A DNA stretch of 64,000 nucleotides, from NCBI RefSeq assembly GCF_046119375.1, contig NW_027362763.1, positions 141,856,001-141,920,000 of the forward strand, in the 5' to 3' direction. This document shows, one piece after another, positions 11,401-22,465 of the stretch (position 1 is its first letter; each line of letters opens with the position of its first letter). A program made the translations under genes and the position numbers. The DNA is from Phyllobates terribilis (taxonomy: Eukaryota). The notes beneath the pieces are model-generated. The model was not told where the DNA came from and did no database searches. It saw only the letters and a list, made by a program, of their open reading frames with translations.

Positions 11401-13734
11401 GATAAAATGAGGACAGGGCTTCAGAACGGCACAACTGATGCATACGGTAAATGCTGCAGGAGAGGAAAGCACGGTAAATAGGCTGCCATGAGAATAAGTC
11501 GCCCTCTTTATGTCCTAGGTAACCTGTACTCACCTTACAAGCTTATTAGCCAGTGTTGCTCCCCAGCCATTTGTTTCAAAGGCAAACTACAAATAAAAAA
11601 GGAGAATATTACAGATTCGTGTTAATAGCTTAGATATCCTGCAAACAAAGAGACAATATGCTTCATACAGCTGGGACTGCACAATTTTATGGGACTACGT
11701 CAATGTATTAATATTGCCTGAGGGTTCAATCCTAAAACATATGAACACCCCCAGAGGCAATTTTTTTGGTAAAACGCATGAATTTTGGGCAAAAAAATAT
11801 TTTTTGCAATTGGGTTTTAATAAGACTTTTGCATTGTTTGTATTTTATAAGCTTTATTTTGCTGCAGACAGAATGAGTTAACTAAGAATCTGTCAGTAAG
11901 CTCTGATGAATGTTTGTAAAGGCTCATTCCGATGTTCGATTTTCATGTACGAGTGCTATCTGTGGTTTTCACAGAAAGCACTCGTACCTGTGATAGTCTA
12001 TGGGGCCATTCACATGTCTGCGACTTTTCATTTTCACATCAAAATCAGCCATGCAAGTCAATGGGTCCAGGAGCAAATTTGACCACACTCAGATGACATC
12101 CGAGTGTTGTCCGATTATCACAACCGTCAGAATGGAGAAACTTTTTTTTTTTATTCCTCCGCATATGAGAAAAACTGATGACCACACTCTGATCAAAGTC
12201 TGATCAGAATAATCAGTCCATTTCTCTCGTACATGGAAAAATCAAACATGTGAATGAGCCCTAACTCTTCTATCTTTTTTGAGCTCCTCTCGACTGATCT
12301 ATGACCACATTAAAGTTCTGCTCTGCTTTGATATTGTCATAAATCAGTACAAAAGAGATCAGAAATGAACTTCCCATCAGAATAAGCTCACTAACGGATT
12401 CTCAGATAACTCATTCAGCAGCCAGCAATGTGCAGGAAAACAAAGAGCCTGTCAAAGCCAAATGGAGCAATTTTTTTTAATAAAATCGAATTGCAAATTT
12501 TGCACTTCTGTACAACAAATATAAAACAAGAAATCTGCATAAGTGAAGTATGCCAGTCAGTTGCTCTGTAAAAACTCATACTAGGAAGCCCCCTGTGACC
12601 AGTGGAGGAAGACCGCGGCTGCCCACACCGTTCTACTGTAGTTGCCAAACATCGGGTATTAGCACCTATCAATGGGATAGATGATAACTGTTAAGATCTT
12701 TGTGGGCACCTATCAATAGGATAGATGATAACTGTTAGATCATTGTGGGCACTTAGCAATAGGATAGATGATAACTGTTAGATCGTTGTGGGCACTTAGC
12801 AATAGGATAGATGATAACTGTTAGATCGTTGTGGGCACTTAGCAATAGGATAGATGATAACTGTTAGATCGTTGTGGGCACTTAGCAATAGGATAGATGA
12901 TAACTGTTAGATCGTTGTGGGCACTTAGCAATAGGATAGATGATAACTGTTAGATCGTTGTGGGCACCTATCAACGGGATAGATGATAACTGTTAGATCG
13001 TTGTGGGCACCTATCAACGGGATAGATGATAACTGTTAGATCGTTCTGGGCACCTATCAACGGGATAGATGATAACTGTTAGATCGTTCTGGGCACCTAT
13101 CAACGGGATAGATGATAACTGTTAGATCGTTCTGGGCACCTATCAACGGGATAGATGATAACTGTTAGATCGTTGTGAGCACTTAGCAATAGGATAGATG
13201 ATAACTGTTAGATCGTTGTGGGCACCTATCAACGGGATAGATGATAACTGTTAGATCGTTGTGGGCACCTATCGATGGGATAGATAACTGTTAGATCTTT
13301 GTGGATCTGAGCACTGGGAACCCCACAGATTTACAGAATGGGGGTCCCGTGGTGTGAAGACAATGAAATGGAAACTTTCTACTCCGGCTAATAGTAGGGC
13401 CCAAAGACATATAGAAAGGGGGCGTCTGTGTTTAAAGTCAGAGCTGTGGCGGTAGATTTTCATTGCCAGGGAGAGGTGCACTGCGGGAGCTCAGATAATC
13501 CGCCAGCGATGTCTTTATAGTGACACGTTGAGGCTGCAGAGCGGTAATGATTATAAATGACGCTCTCCGGACAGGACGGGGTTTATACATTGAAGCGACA
13601 TCTCAGCACTTTCTCCCACTTACAGCGACTGCAAATCACGTTCAGTATGAAGACTGCGGATGCAAGCAAGCGGAAAATCTCCTTACCTGGGTGATTGAAT
13701 CTCCGAAGAGGAGGATGAGTGGCCAAGAAGTCAT
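5317..13734 (-). CDS. IAH1: Isoamyl acetate-hydrolyzing esterase 1 homolog (SGNH/GDSL hydrolase), 6 coding exons, 237 aa
   Basis: Exons 13687-13734, 11534-11586, 11152-11300, 9482-9643, 8752-8873 and 5317-5496 splice in frame (714 nt, all GT-AG). The protein has the GDS, RGLSG, GAND and DGLH blocks and lies next to CPSF3 as in other vertebrates. Confidence 0.97.
6199..7809 (-). mobile_element. Tc1-like DD38E transposon copy A (pseudogenised) in an IAH1 intron
   Basis: TA flanks; CAGTACAGACC termini; TIRs of about 260 bp. The transposase is broken by a +1 A near the N-terminus and a 19-bp deletion between TGG microhomologies. Confidence 0.95.
7836..8517. mobile_element. Tc2-like (Tc1/mariner) non-autonomous element with a large internal palindrome
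   Basis: TIR CGTATTTTTCGGAC(C/T)ATAAGACGCAC, TA flanks, internal 171-bp inverted arms. Confidence 0.8.
8752..8873 (-). CDS. IAH1: IAH1 coding exon 5 ([12 protein letters not shown]...[11 protein letters not shown])
   Basis: 122 nt, AAG acceptor, GTAAGA donor. Confidence 0.95.
9482..9643 (-). CDS. IAH1: IAH1 coding exon 4 ([12 protein letters not shown]...EKQCFAK)
   Basis: 162 nt, TAG acceptor, GT donor, phase consistent. Confidence 0.95.
11152..11300 (-). CDS. IAH1: IAH1 coding exon 3 ([16 protein letters not shown]...[10 protein letters not shown])
   Basis: 149 nt, CAG acceptor, GTAAGT donor. Confidence 0.96.
11534..11586 (-). CDS. IAH1: IAH1 coding exon 2 ([17 protein letters not shown])
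   Basis: 53 nt, TAG acceptor, GTGAGT donor. Confidence 0.95.
12661..13310. repeat. 43-bp minisatellite, about 15 copies
   Basis: Unit GATAGATGATAACTGTTAGATCGTTGTGGGCACCTATCAACGG with a second variant (CACTTAGCAATAG). Confidence 0.95.
13687..13734 (-). CDS. IAH1: IAH1 coding exon 1 ([16 protein letters not shown])
   Basis: Contains the catalytic GDS Ser; donor GTAAGG; an in-frame TAG at 13756-13758 doubles as a splice acceptor. Confidence 0.93.
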
Positions 13735-15565
13735 CTCGATGTTCAGGGTTGAATTCTACAAGACGCAGAGGATGGAGATTAATAACGGCCGCTGGCGGGT
13801 CTGCAGCGTTATCAGTGTACCACATATTCCCAGAAATCTTCCATGCAAAAGACCGGCGAGCAGAATAAGTCATAATGAAGGGGTGACACCGGGCACCTCA
13901 CAAGGGGGTCATGTGAAGACCCCGCATCCTCATCCAAACCCTGAAATAGATTCTCTGACTCCTCGATGCTGCAGGGCGACATCGCCCGACATTCACTAAT
14001 GCACCAATTTATGACGGTGCACACTAGCTGACCTGTTTGGTACTTGTTACATGTAGTTAGGGACTTTGTGTGTTAAAGGGGTTCTCCGACTTACAAAGAA
14101 ATAAGCAAGAAAGGTTATCTAATAATGAAAGAAGGTACAATCACTGCGTCTAACCCACGTGGTCTCAGCACAGGCCGCTATGGTGGTCTCCACCAGGCCT
14201 GATGATGTCTTAATAGCTGAGGCCTGAGATTTACTGCAGTCTGGTAACTGGGAGGTTTTGTCGTCAGTGTCGCATCCAAAGAACTGGACGTTATCCCCCC
14301 TGGACCAGTGCAGATCACCGGAGAGACGGGGATGGGACAAGACATTTTCCAAGGACAATCCCTTCTAGGCACCTGACAACTGCAGCCAATCGCAGCCCTG
14401 ATAGATCACGTGACTGAAGAACCGAATGTCTTTGCTCCGCTGGGGCATCTGGGGTAAGAGCAGATCCGTATTACTTCATATATATTACATGCTCTGCTTT
14501 TTCGGAAAAAAAAAATGTAATTCAGACTATCACTTTAAGGAGATTTTCCAGCCAAGAACAGTCTGGGCTTCTCTTAGTTGCTGGACAGTGTGGGGTTAGT
14601 GACGGCTGACCCATGGGGTGCCCGTTGCAAAGGGTTAAGTTTGGGTAGCAAAAGGCAGTGATGGGGTTGAGGCTGCTGTTCCAGGTGAGCAAACCCAAAT
14701 TTCTACCTTGGTAACAGTGGGTCATTGGTTTAGGAAAACCCCATGTGACCCACTGCTACCCAATAAAAGAATGTGTATGGGGGATTTGGACTTTCATTCC
14801 CAAAATTCTCAATTCATGAGTAAACTCAGTCTTCGGTGAATACAAACTTTACAATTACATATATAGGGAAAAAAAATCAGTTGGTGCTCATAAGGTTCTA
14901 TGGAACTTCCAGCAGAATGTCTGTGTTCTGCTAGCTCCTCCCCCTCCATAGAATTGTAAAAGCACCAACTGTCATCTCCTATCTTAGTAATGGGGAAATC
15001 TTTCTTCACCAAATACACATTTTACCCCTGAATTGAAATAGAAACATTAATCAAGGAGGAGACAGAAGCGGATTTATCTGATAAGATTACAAAGTTTGGT
15101 GGTGATGTAAAAAGGAGTGGGGGGTGACGTATAACGGAGCAGAGGATGGCGTATAACGGAGCCGGGGTGACGTATAAAGGACTGGGGGGTGATGTATAAA
15201 GGAGTTGGGGGTGACGTGTCAGGGCTGTGGAGCTGGTAAGCCAAACCTCCGACTCCTCAATTTCCACGACTCCGACTCCCTCATACATGGCTCATGTGTA
15301 AGAGAAGAGAGAAATTTACTGTAGCACAGATTCATCTCAGCTAAAAGTCTAGACCAGGGGTCCTCAAACTTTTTAAACAGGGGGCCAGTTCACGGTCCCT
15401 CAGACCATTGGAGGGCCGGAATATAGTTTTTAAAAAAAACTATGAACAAATTCCTATGCACACTGCACATATCTTATTTTGTAGTAAAAAAAACAATACA
15501 GGAACAAACACAATATTTAAAATGAAGAACAAGTAAAGTTAAATCAACCGGTATTTCAATAGGTA

Positions 15566-16475
15566 GGTAACTGTACCCAATAGGCAGGTAAATGTCCCCA
15601 ATAGGCAGCATAGGTCCCCAATAGGCAGGTAAATATCCCCAATAGGCAGGTAAATGTCCCCAATAGGCAGCATAGGTCCTCAATAGGTAGGTAAATGTTC
15701 CCAATAGGCAGCATAGGTCCTCAATAGGTAGGTAAATGTTCCCAATAGGCAGGTAAATGTCCCCAATAGGCAGGTAAATGTCCCCAATAGGCAGCATAGG
15801 TCCTCAATAGGTAGGTAAATGTTCCCAATAGGCAGGTAAATGTCCCCAATAGGCAGGTAAATGTACCCAATAGGCAGCATAGGTCCTCAATAGGCAGGTA
15901 AATGTCCCCAATAGGCAGGTAAATGTCCCCAATAGGCAGCATAGGTCCTCAATAGGCAGGTAAATATCCCCAATAGGCATGTAAATGTTCCCAATAGGCA
16001 GCATAGGTCCTCAATAGGCAGGTAAATATCCCCAATAGGCAGGTAAATGTCCCCAATAGGCAGCATAGGTCCTCAATAGGCAGGTAAATGTCCCCAATAG
16101 GCAGCATAGGTCCTCAATAGGTAGGTAAATGTTCCCAATAGGCAGGTAAATGTCCCCAATAGGCAGGTAAATGTACCCAATAGGCAGCATAGGTCCTCAA
16201 TAGGCAGGTAAATGTCCCCAATAGGCAGGTAAATGTCCCCAATAGGCAGCATAGGTCCTCAATAGGCAGGTAAATATCCCCAATAGGCATGTAAATGTTC
16301 CCAATAGGCAGCATAGGTCCTCAATAGGCAGGTAAATGTACCCAATAGGCAGCATAGGTCCTCAATAGGCAGCATAGGTCCTCAATAGGCAGGTAAATGT
16401 CCCCAATAGGCAGCATAGGTCCTCAATAGGCAGGTAAATGTTCCCAATAGGCAGCATAGGTCCTCAATAGGCAGG
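15566..16475. repeat. Mixed 20/21-bp minisatellite (CCCCAATAGGCAGGTAAATGT / CCTCAATAGGCAGCATAGGT)
   Basis: Two interspersed unit types read directly from the sequence. Confidence 0.95.
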
Positions 16476-16479
16476 CTGT

Positions 16480-16860
16480 TTCCCCCTTATAATGCCCCAT
16501 GCAGGATTTCCCTCCTTATTATGCCCCATGCAGGATTTCCCTTTCTCCCCCCATATAATGCCACATGCAGCATGTCACCCCCCCCATATAATGCCCCATT
16601 CAGGATGTCACCCCCCCATATAATGCCCCATGCTGGATGTCACCCCCCATATAATGCCACATGCAGCATGTCACCCCCCCCATATAATGCCCCATTCAGG
16701 ATGTCACCCCCCCACATAATGCCCCATGCTGGATGTCACCCCCCATATAATGCCCCATGCAGCATGTCACCCCCCCATATAATGCTCCATTCAGGATGTC
16801 ACCCCCCCCCCCATATAATGCCACATGCAGGATGTCACCCCTAATATTATGTCCCATGCC
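16480..16860. repeat. About 31-33-bp C-rich minisatellite (ATGTCACCCCCCATATAATGCCCCATGCAG)
   Basis: Direct tandem units. Confidence 0.9.
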
Positions 16861-17403
16861 TCCATACATTAAAAAAAAAAAAATCCAATACTCACCTCCC
16901 TCCTCACCTGCTGCCGCTGCTCAGGTCTGGACTCCAGCGTCTCCGGCGTTGTCCCTCTCTGCGCTGCCTGTGACGGCACTCGGGAGGGCGCGGTGTAAAG
17001 ACGTCACCACACCCTCTGACCTGAGACGTCACAGGGAGCGCGCACCAGGAAGACAGTGGATCTGCGAAGGCACGGGGAGAGGTAAGTACCGGGCTGCCGG
17101 GGCTCTGAGCAAGCGGCGGAGAAGGGCGGGCACTGACACCGCTCTTCTCTGCCCACAGCCCGGCGGGCCGGATAAAAGTCCTCCGCGGGCCGCATGTGGC
17201 CCCCGGGCCGTAGTTTGAGGACCCCTGATCTAGACCCTTAGATCAGGAATAGGACAGACATTTATAGGACATTTCATAACTTTCCCAAATTCTTATGAAA
17301 AAATATTCCCCACAAACTGCATTGAACTACTGTACCCAATTTATTATATATTTTAGGAGTCGGAGTGGGTCCATTTTATACTGATTCCTACTTCACAGCC
17401 CTG

Positions 17404-20400
17404 TGACGTATAATGGAGGGGGAGTGAAGAGTATAACGGAGAGGTGGGTCACATATATAACGGAGTCGGGGTAACGTATAATGGAAAGGGGGTGACGTAC
17501 AATGGAGCGGGGGGTGATGTATAACAGAGAGGGGGTGACGTACAATGGAGCGGGGGGGTGATGTATAACAGAGAGGGGGTGACGTACAATGGAGCGGGGG
17601 TGTGTGATGTATAACAGAGAGGGGGTGACGTACAATGGAGCGGGGGGGTGATGTATAACAGAGAGGGGGTGACGTACAATGGAGCGGGGGGAGAGGGGGG
17701 TGATGTATAACAGAGAGGGGGTGACGTACAATGGAGCGGGGGGGTGATGTATAACAGAGAGGGGGTGACGTACAATGGAGCGGGGGGGTGATGTATAACA
17801 GAGAGGGGGTGACGTACAATGGAGCGGGGGGGTGATGTATAACAGAGAGGGGGTGACGTACAATGGAGCGGGGGGGTGATGTATAACAGAGAGGGGGTGA
17901 CGCACAATGGAGCGGGGGGGTGTGATGTATAACAGAGAGGGGGTGACGCACAATGGAGCGGGGGGGTGATGTATAACAGAGAGGGGGTGACGTACAATGG
18001 AGCGGGGGGGTGTGATGTATAACAGAGAGGGGGTGACGCACAATGGAGCGGGGGGGTGATGTATAACAGAGAGGGGGTGACGCACAATGGAGCGGGGGGG
18101 TGATGTATAACAGAGAGGGGGTGACGTACAATGGAGCGGGGGGGTGTGATGTATAACAGAGAGGGGGTGACGCACAATGGAGCGGGGGGGTGATGTATAA
18201 CAGAGAGGGGGTGACGTACAATGGAGCGGGGGGGTGTGATGTATAACAGAGAGGGGGTGACGTACAATGGAGCGGGGGGGTGATGTATAACAGAGAGGGG
18301 GTGACGCACAATGGAGCGGGGGGGTGATGTATAACAGAGAGGGGGTGACGTACAATGGAGCGGGGGGGTGATGTATAACAGAGAGGGGGTGACGTACAAT
18401 GGAGCGGGGGGGTGTGATGTATAACAGAGAGGGGGTGACGTACAATGGAGCGGGGGGGTGATGTATAACAGAGAGGGGGTGACGCACAATGGAGCGGGGG
18501 GGGTGATGTATAACAGAGAGGGGGTGACGTACAATGGAGCGGGGGGGTGATGTATAACAGAGAGGGGGTGACGTACAATGGAGCAGGGGGGGTGATGTAT
18601 AACAGAGAGGGGGTGACGTACAATGGAGCGGGGGGGTGATGTATAACAGAGAGGGGGTGACGCACAATGGAGCGGGGGGGTGATGTATAACAGAGAGGGG
18701 GTGACGTACAATGGAGAGGGGGTGATGTATAACAGAGAGGGGGTGACGCACAATGGAGCGGGGGGGTGATGTATAACAGAGGGGGTGACGCACAATGGAG
18801 CAGGGGGGTGATGTATAACAGAGAGGGGGTGACGTACAATGGAGCGGGGGGGTGATGTATAACAGAGAGGGGGTGACGTACAATGGAGCGGGGGGGTGTG
18901 ATGTATAACAGAGAGGGGGTGACGTACAATGGAGCGGGGGGGTGATGTATAACAGAGAGGGGGTGACGTACAATGGAGCGGGGAGGTGATGTATAACAAA
19001 GAGGGGGTGACGTACAATGGAGCGGGGGGGTGATGTATAACAGAGAGGGGGTGACGTACAATGGAGCGGGGGGGTGATGTATAACAGAGAGGGGGTGATG
19101 CACAATGGATCGGGGGGGTGATGTATAACAGAGAGGGGGTGACGCACAATGGAGCGGGGGGGTGATGTATAACAGAGAGGGGGTGACGTACAATGGAGCG
19201 GGGGGGGTGATGTATAACAGAGAGGGGGTGACGTACAATGGAGCGGGGGGGGTGATGTATAACAGAGAGGGGGTGACGCACAATGGATCGGGGGGGTGAT
19301 GTATAACAGAGAGGGGGTGACGTACAATGGAGCGGGGGGGTGATGTATAACAGAGAGGGGGTGACGTACAATGGAGCAGGGGGGGTGATGTATAACAGAG
19401 AGGGGGTGACGTACAATGGAGCGGGGGGGTGATGTATAACAGAGAGGGGGTGACGCACAATGGAGCGGGGGGGTGATGTATAACAGAGAGGGGGTGACGC
19501 ACAATGGAGCAGGGGGGGTGATGTATAACAGAGAGGGGGTGACGTACAATGGAGCGGGGGGGTGATGTATAACAGAGAGGGGGTGATGTACAATGGAGCG
19601 GGGGGGTGATGTATAACAGAGAGGGGGTAATGTACAATGGAGCGGGGGGGTGATGTATAACAGAGAGGGGGTGACGTACAATGGAGCGGGGGGGTGATGT
19701 ATAACAGAGAGGGGGTGATGCACAATGGATCAGGGGGGTGATGTATAACAGAGAGGGGGTGACGTACAATGGAGCGGGGGGGGTGACATATAACAGAGAG
19801 GGGGTGACGTACAATGGAGCGGGGGGGGTGACGTATAACAGAGAGGGGGTGACGTACAATGGAGCGGGGGGGTGATGTATAACAGAGAGGGGGTGACGTA
19901 CAATGGAGCGGGGGGGTGATGTATAACAGAGAGGGGGTGACGCACAATGGAGCGGGGGGGTGATGTATAACAGAGAGGGGGTGACGCACAATGGAGCGGG
20001 GGGGTGATGTATAACAGAGAGGGGGTGACGCACAATGGAGCGGGGGGGGTGATGTATAACAGAGAGGGGGTGACGTACAATGGAGCGGGGGGGTGATGTA
20101 TAACAGAGAGGGGGTGACGCACAATGGAGCGGGGGGGTGATGTATAACAGAGAGGGGGTGACGTACAATGGAGCGGGGGGGTGATGTATAACAGAGAGGG
20201 GGTGACGTACAATGGAGCGGGGGGGGGTGTGACGTATAACAGAGAGGGGGTGACGCACAATGGAGCGGGGGGGGTGATGTATAACAGAGAGGGGGTGACG
20301 CACAATGGAGCGGGGGGGTGTGATGTATAACAGAGAGGGGGTGACGTACAATGGAGCGGGGGGGTGATGTATAACAGAGAGGGGGTGACGTACAATGGAG

Positions 20401-21003
20401 CGGGGGGGGGGGTGTGACGTATAACAGAGAGGGGGTGACGCACAATGGAGCGGGGGGGTGATGTATAACAGAGAGGGGGTGACGCACAATGGAGCGGGGG
20501 GGTGTGATGTATAACAGAGAGGGGGTGACGTACAATGGAGCGGGGGGGTGATGTATAACAGAGAGGGGGTGACGTACAATGGAGCGGGGGGGTGTGATGT
20601 ATAACAGAGAGGGGGTGACGTACAATTGAGCGGGGGGGTGATGTATAACAGAGAGGGGGTGACGTACAATGGAGCGGGGGGGTGTGATGTATAACAGAGA
20701 GGGGGTGACGTACAATTGAGCGGGGGGGTGATGTATAACAGAGAGGGGGTGACGCACAATGGAGCGGGGGGGTGATGTATAACAGAGAGGGGGTGACGTA
20801 CAATGGAGCGGGGGGGTGATGTATAACAGAGAGGGGGTGACGTACAATGGAGCGGGGGGGTGATGTATAACAGAGAGGGGGTGACGCACAATGGAGCGGG
20901 GGGGTGATGTATAACAGAGAGGGGGTGACGTACAATGGAGCGGGGGGGGGGGTGTGACGTATAACAGAGAGGGGGTGACGCACAATGGAGGGGGGGGGGG
21001 ACA
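17404..21003. repeat. 3.6-kb G-rich minisatellite, 44-bp dimeric unit, about 80 copies
   Basis: Unit TGATGTATAACAGAGAGGGGGTGACGTACAATGGAGCGGGGGGG; older 21-22-bp monomers at 15117-15219 and 17404-17500. Confidence 0.98.
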
Positions 21004-21119
21004 CATAACCCCGGGGGCTCGTTAGCAGTAATGTTTCTGTGGGGTGAGGTTTAGGAGGAGTTTAGCGTAAATTAAATATTGTGTCATGAGGCGCTGCCGA
21101 GTATATCCCGAGGTGGGAG

Positions 21120-21560
21120 GTATGCACTCACCCTACAACTACAACTCCCAGCATGCCCCAGCCTCCTGTGGCTTACATGGCATGCTGGGAGTTGTAGTTT
21201 GATATCTAGGCACAAGAAAGTTCATTATATTCGGACTATAGCAGTGTGCTGCAGACAGGGGGCGCAGGGCCCGGTCACAGGAGGAAGTGGAGGGGAGTTT
21301 TCCCCGTTCGGTGCCCATAGACCACGTGTTTGCTCCATTCTGCAGATGGCGCCGGTCAGAGCTTTCCGCTGTCCGCAGTGCAGGCGCTGATCACACCTCA
21401 CTTGGTGCTGTGCACTCACAGATCCACGCACAAATGTCGGTCCCGGCTCCGGGAGAGGACGTGTCACATGACCAGCTCTGCACACAGGCCACGCCTCCTC
21501 CACTCAGCTTCTTCCTCCAAGTTTTCAGTCAGAACAGCGACATCTAGTGTCTGTTACTGG
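21120..21560 (-). promoter_or_regulatory. Putative IAH1 promoter and non-coding first exon (about 21420-21480)
   Basis: CpG-rich patch with a GC box (21487-21498), E-box GTCACATGAC (21463-21472), YY1-like AGATGGCG (21344-21351), paired ACTACAACTCCCAGCATGC motifs and minus-strand GTGAGT donors at 21419 and 21131. Confidence 0.55.
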
Positions 21561-22465
21561 GTACTGCGTGCAGACTGGCCACGATTATAGGTAAATGCTG
21601 CCTCCTGTTGTCACATCTCCTTTTGCACATTTTTATCAGCATCTTTTTATCAGCACATTTTACCTTTTTATTTTTTAATAAAAAGAAACAAAAATTCTGC
21701 TCTAACTTGCAAAATGCCACAAAATGAGCTTCATCTGTATGAATTACTGTCCGCTCCCTTGTATCTGATACATAGTGCACAATTTACAAAAGTAGGATGC
21801 CGAAAAGAAGTCTGATCTCTGCAAAAGGTAATTATAAAGTAGAGTTAGAGGGGCATGGTTGTCCCGGGCCCCTCAGAGATCCCTAAAAGGCCACTAAGGC
21901 CCATCCTCCACCATTTCTAGGGCCGCATACCTACACCCTGTTGACTTATTTTAGGACCTCTGAGTGCTTCCTCCCGGCTTTTGGCTTCTTAGAGTTGTGT
22001 TTTGTGCCCTTTGAGCAAACTGCTCCAATCTGGCCTCCACCTCCACTGATGTCTCGCCATCTCCTCGCACCAGGTGTATGGACGTCTTCCGGAGATTAGG
22101 GCTGCACTGCGGCTGCCTCCCTGACAGATCATTTACTGCGTATCATTTTGCCGTCCCTCCGGCCAAAGACCCCTTAACAGAAGGCCATCCTCTCTCACAG
22201 TAGGGATATTGCCAGAAGCTGGGGACAGGAAAAGCAGTGCATGTCCGGAAATGGCACCAAGTGGAGAGTGACCACCACACACTCACCCTCTCCTTTGGAA
22301 GGCTTCACCAGCAGAGTCACCCTTGTTACGTTGCAGACGAGGTCCCCCGTACCCAAGCACCTGCCTTGCCTGCGATCAGCACACTGACTATTAACTTTAT
22401 GTACTTCGGCAGTTCTAGGACCCGACCCAGCGGCGCTTCTTTCTCCCGCCCGCTGAGAAGATATA

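Larger units (their letters stand above)
15355..17227. mobile_element. hAT-Charlie-like non-autonomous element carrying internal minisatellites
   Basis: Perfect 16-bp TIR CAGGGGTCCTCAAACT; TSD GTCTAGAC/ATCTAGAC (NTCTAGAN target). Confidence 0.88.
15220..17403. mobile_element. hAT MITE (CAGGGCTGTG...CACAGCCCTG) interrupted by a Charlie-like element
   Basis: 8-bp TSD TGACGTGT/TGACGTAT; colinear with the uninterrupted copy at 59539-59836. Confidence 0.85.

Noticed and set aside
12661-13310. CRISPR-like regular repeats
   Set aside because: No unique spacers, no cas genes, and a vertebrate context.
15474-16844. Repetitive short ORFs (MLPIGDIY..., MPHAG...)
   Set aside because: Minisatellite translations inside a non-autonomous element.
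17388-21006. ORFs of 424-1185 aa in all three minus-strand frames
   Set aside because: They are products of a stop-free 44-bp tandem repeat; there is no splice or homology support.
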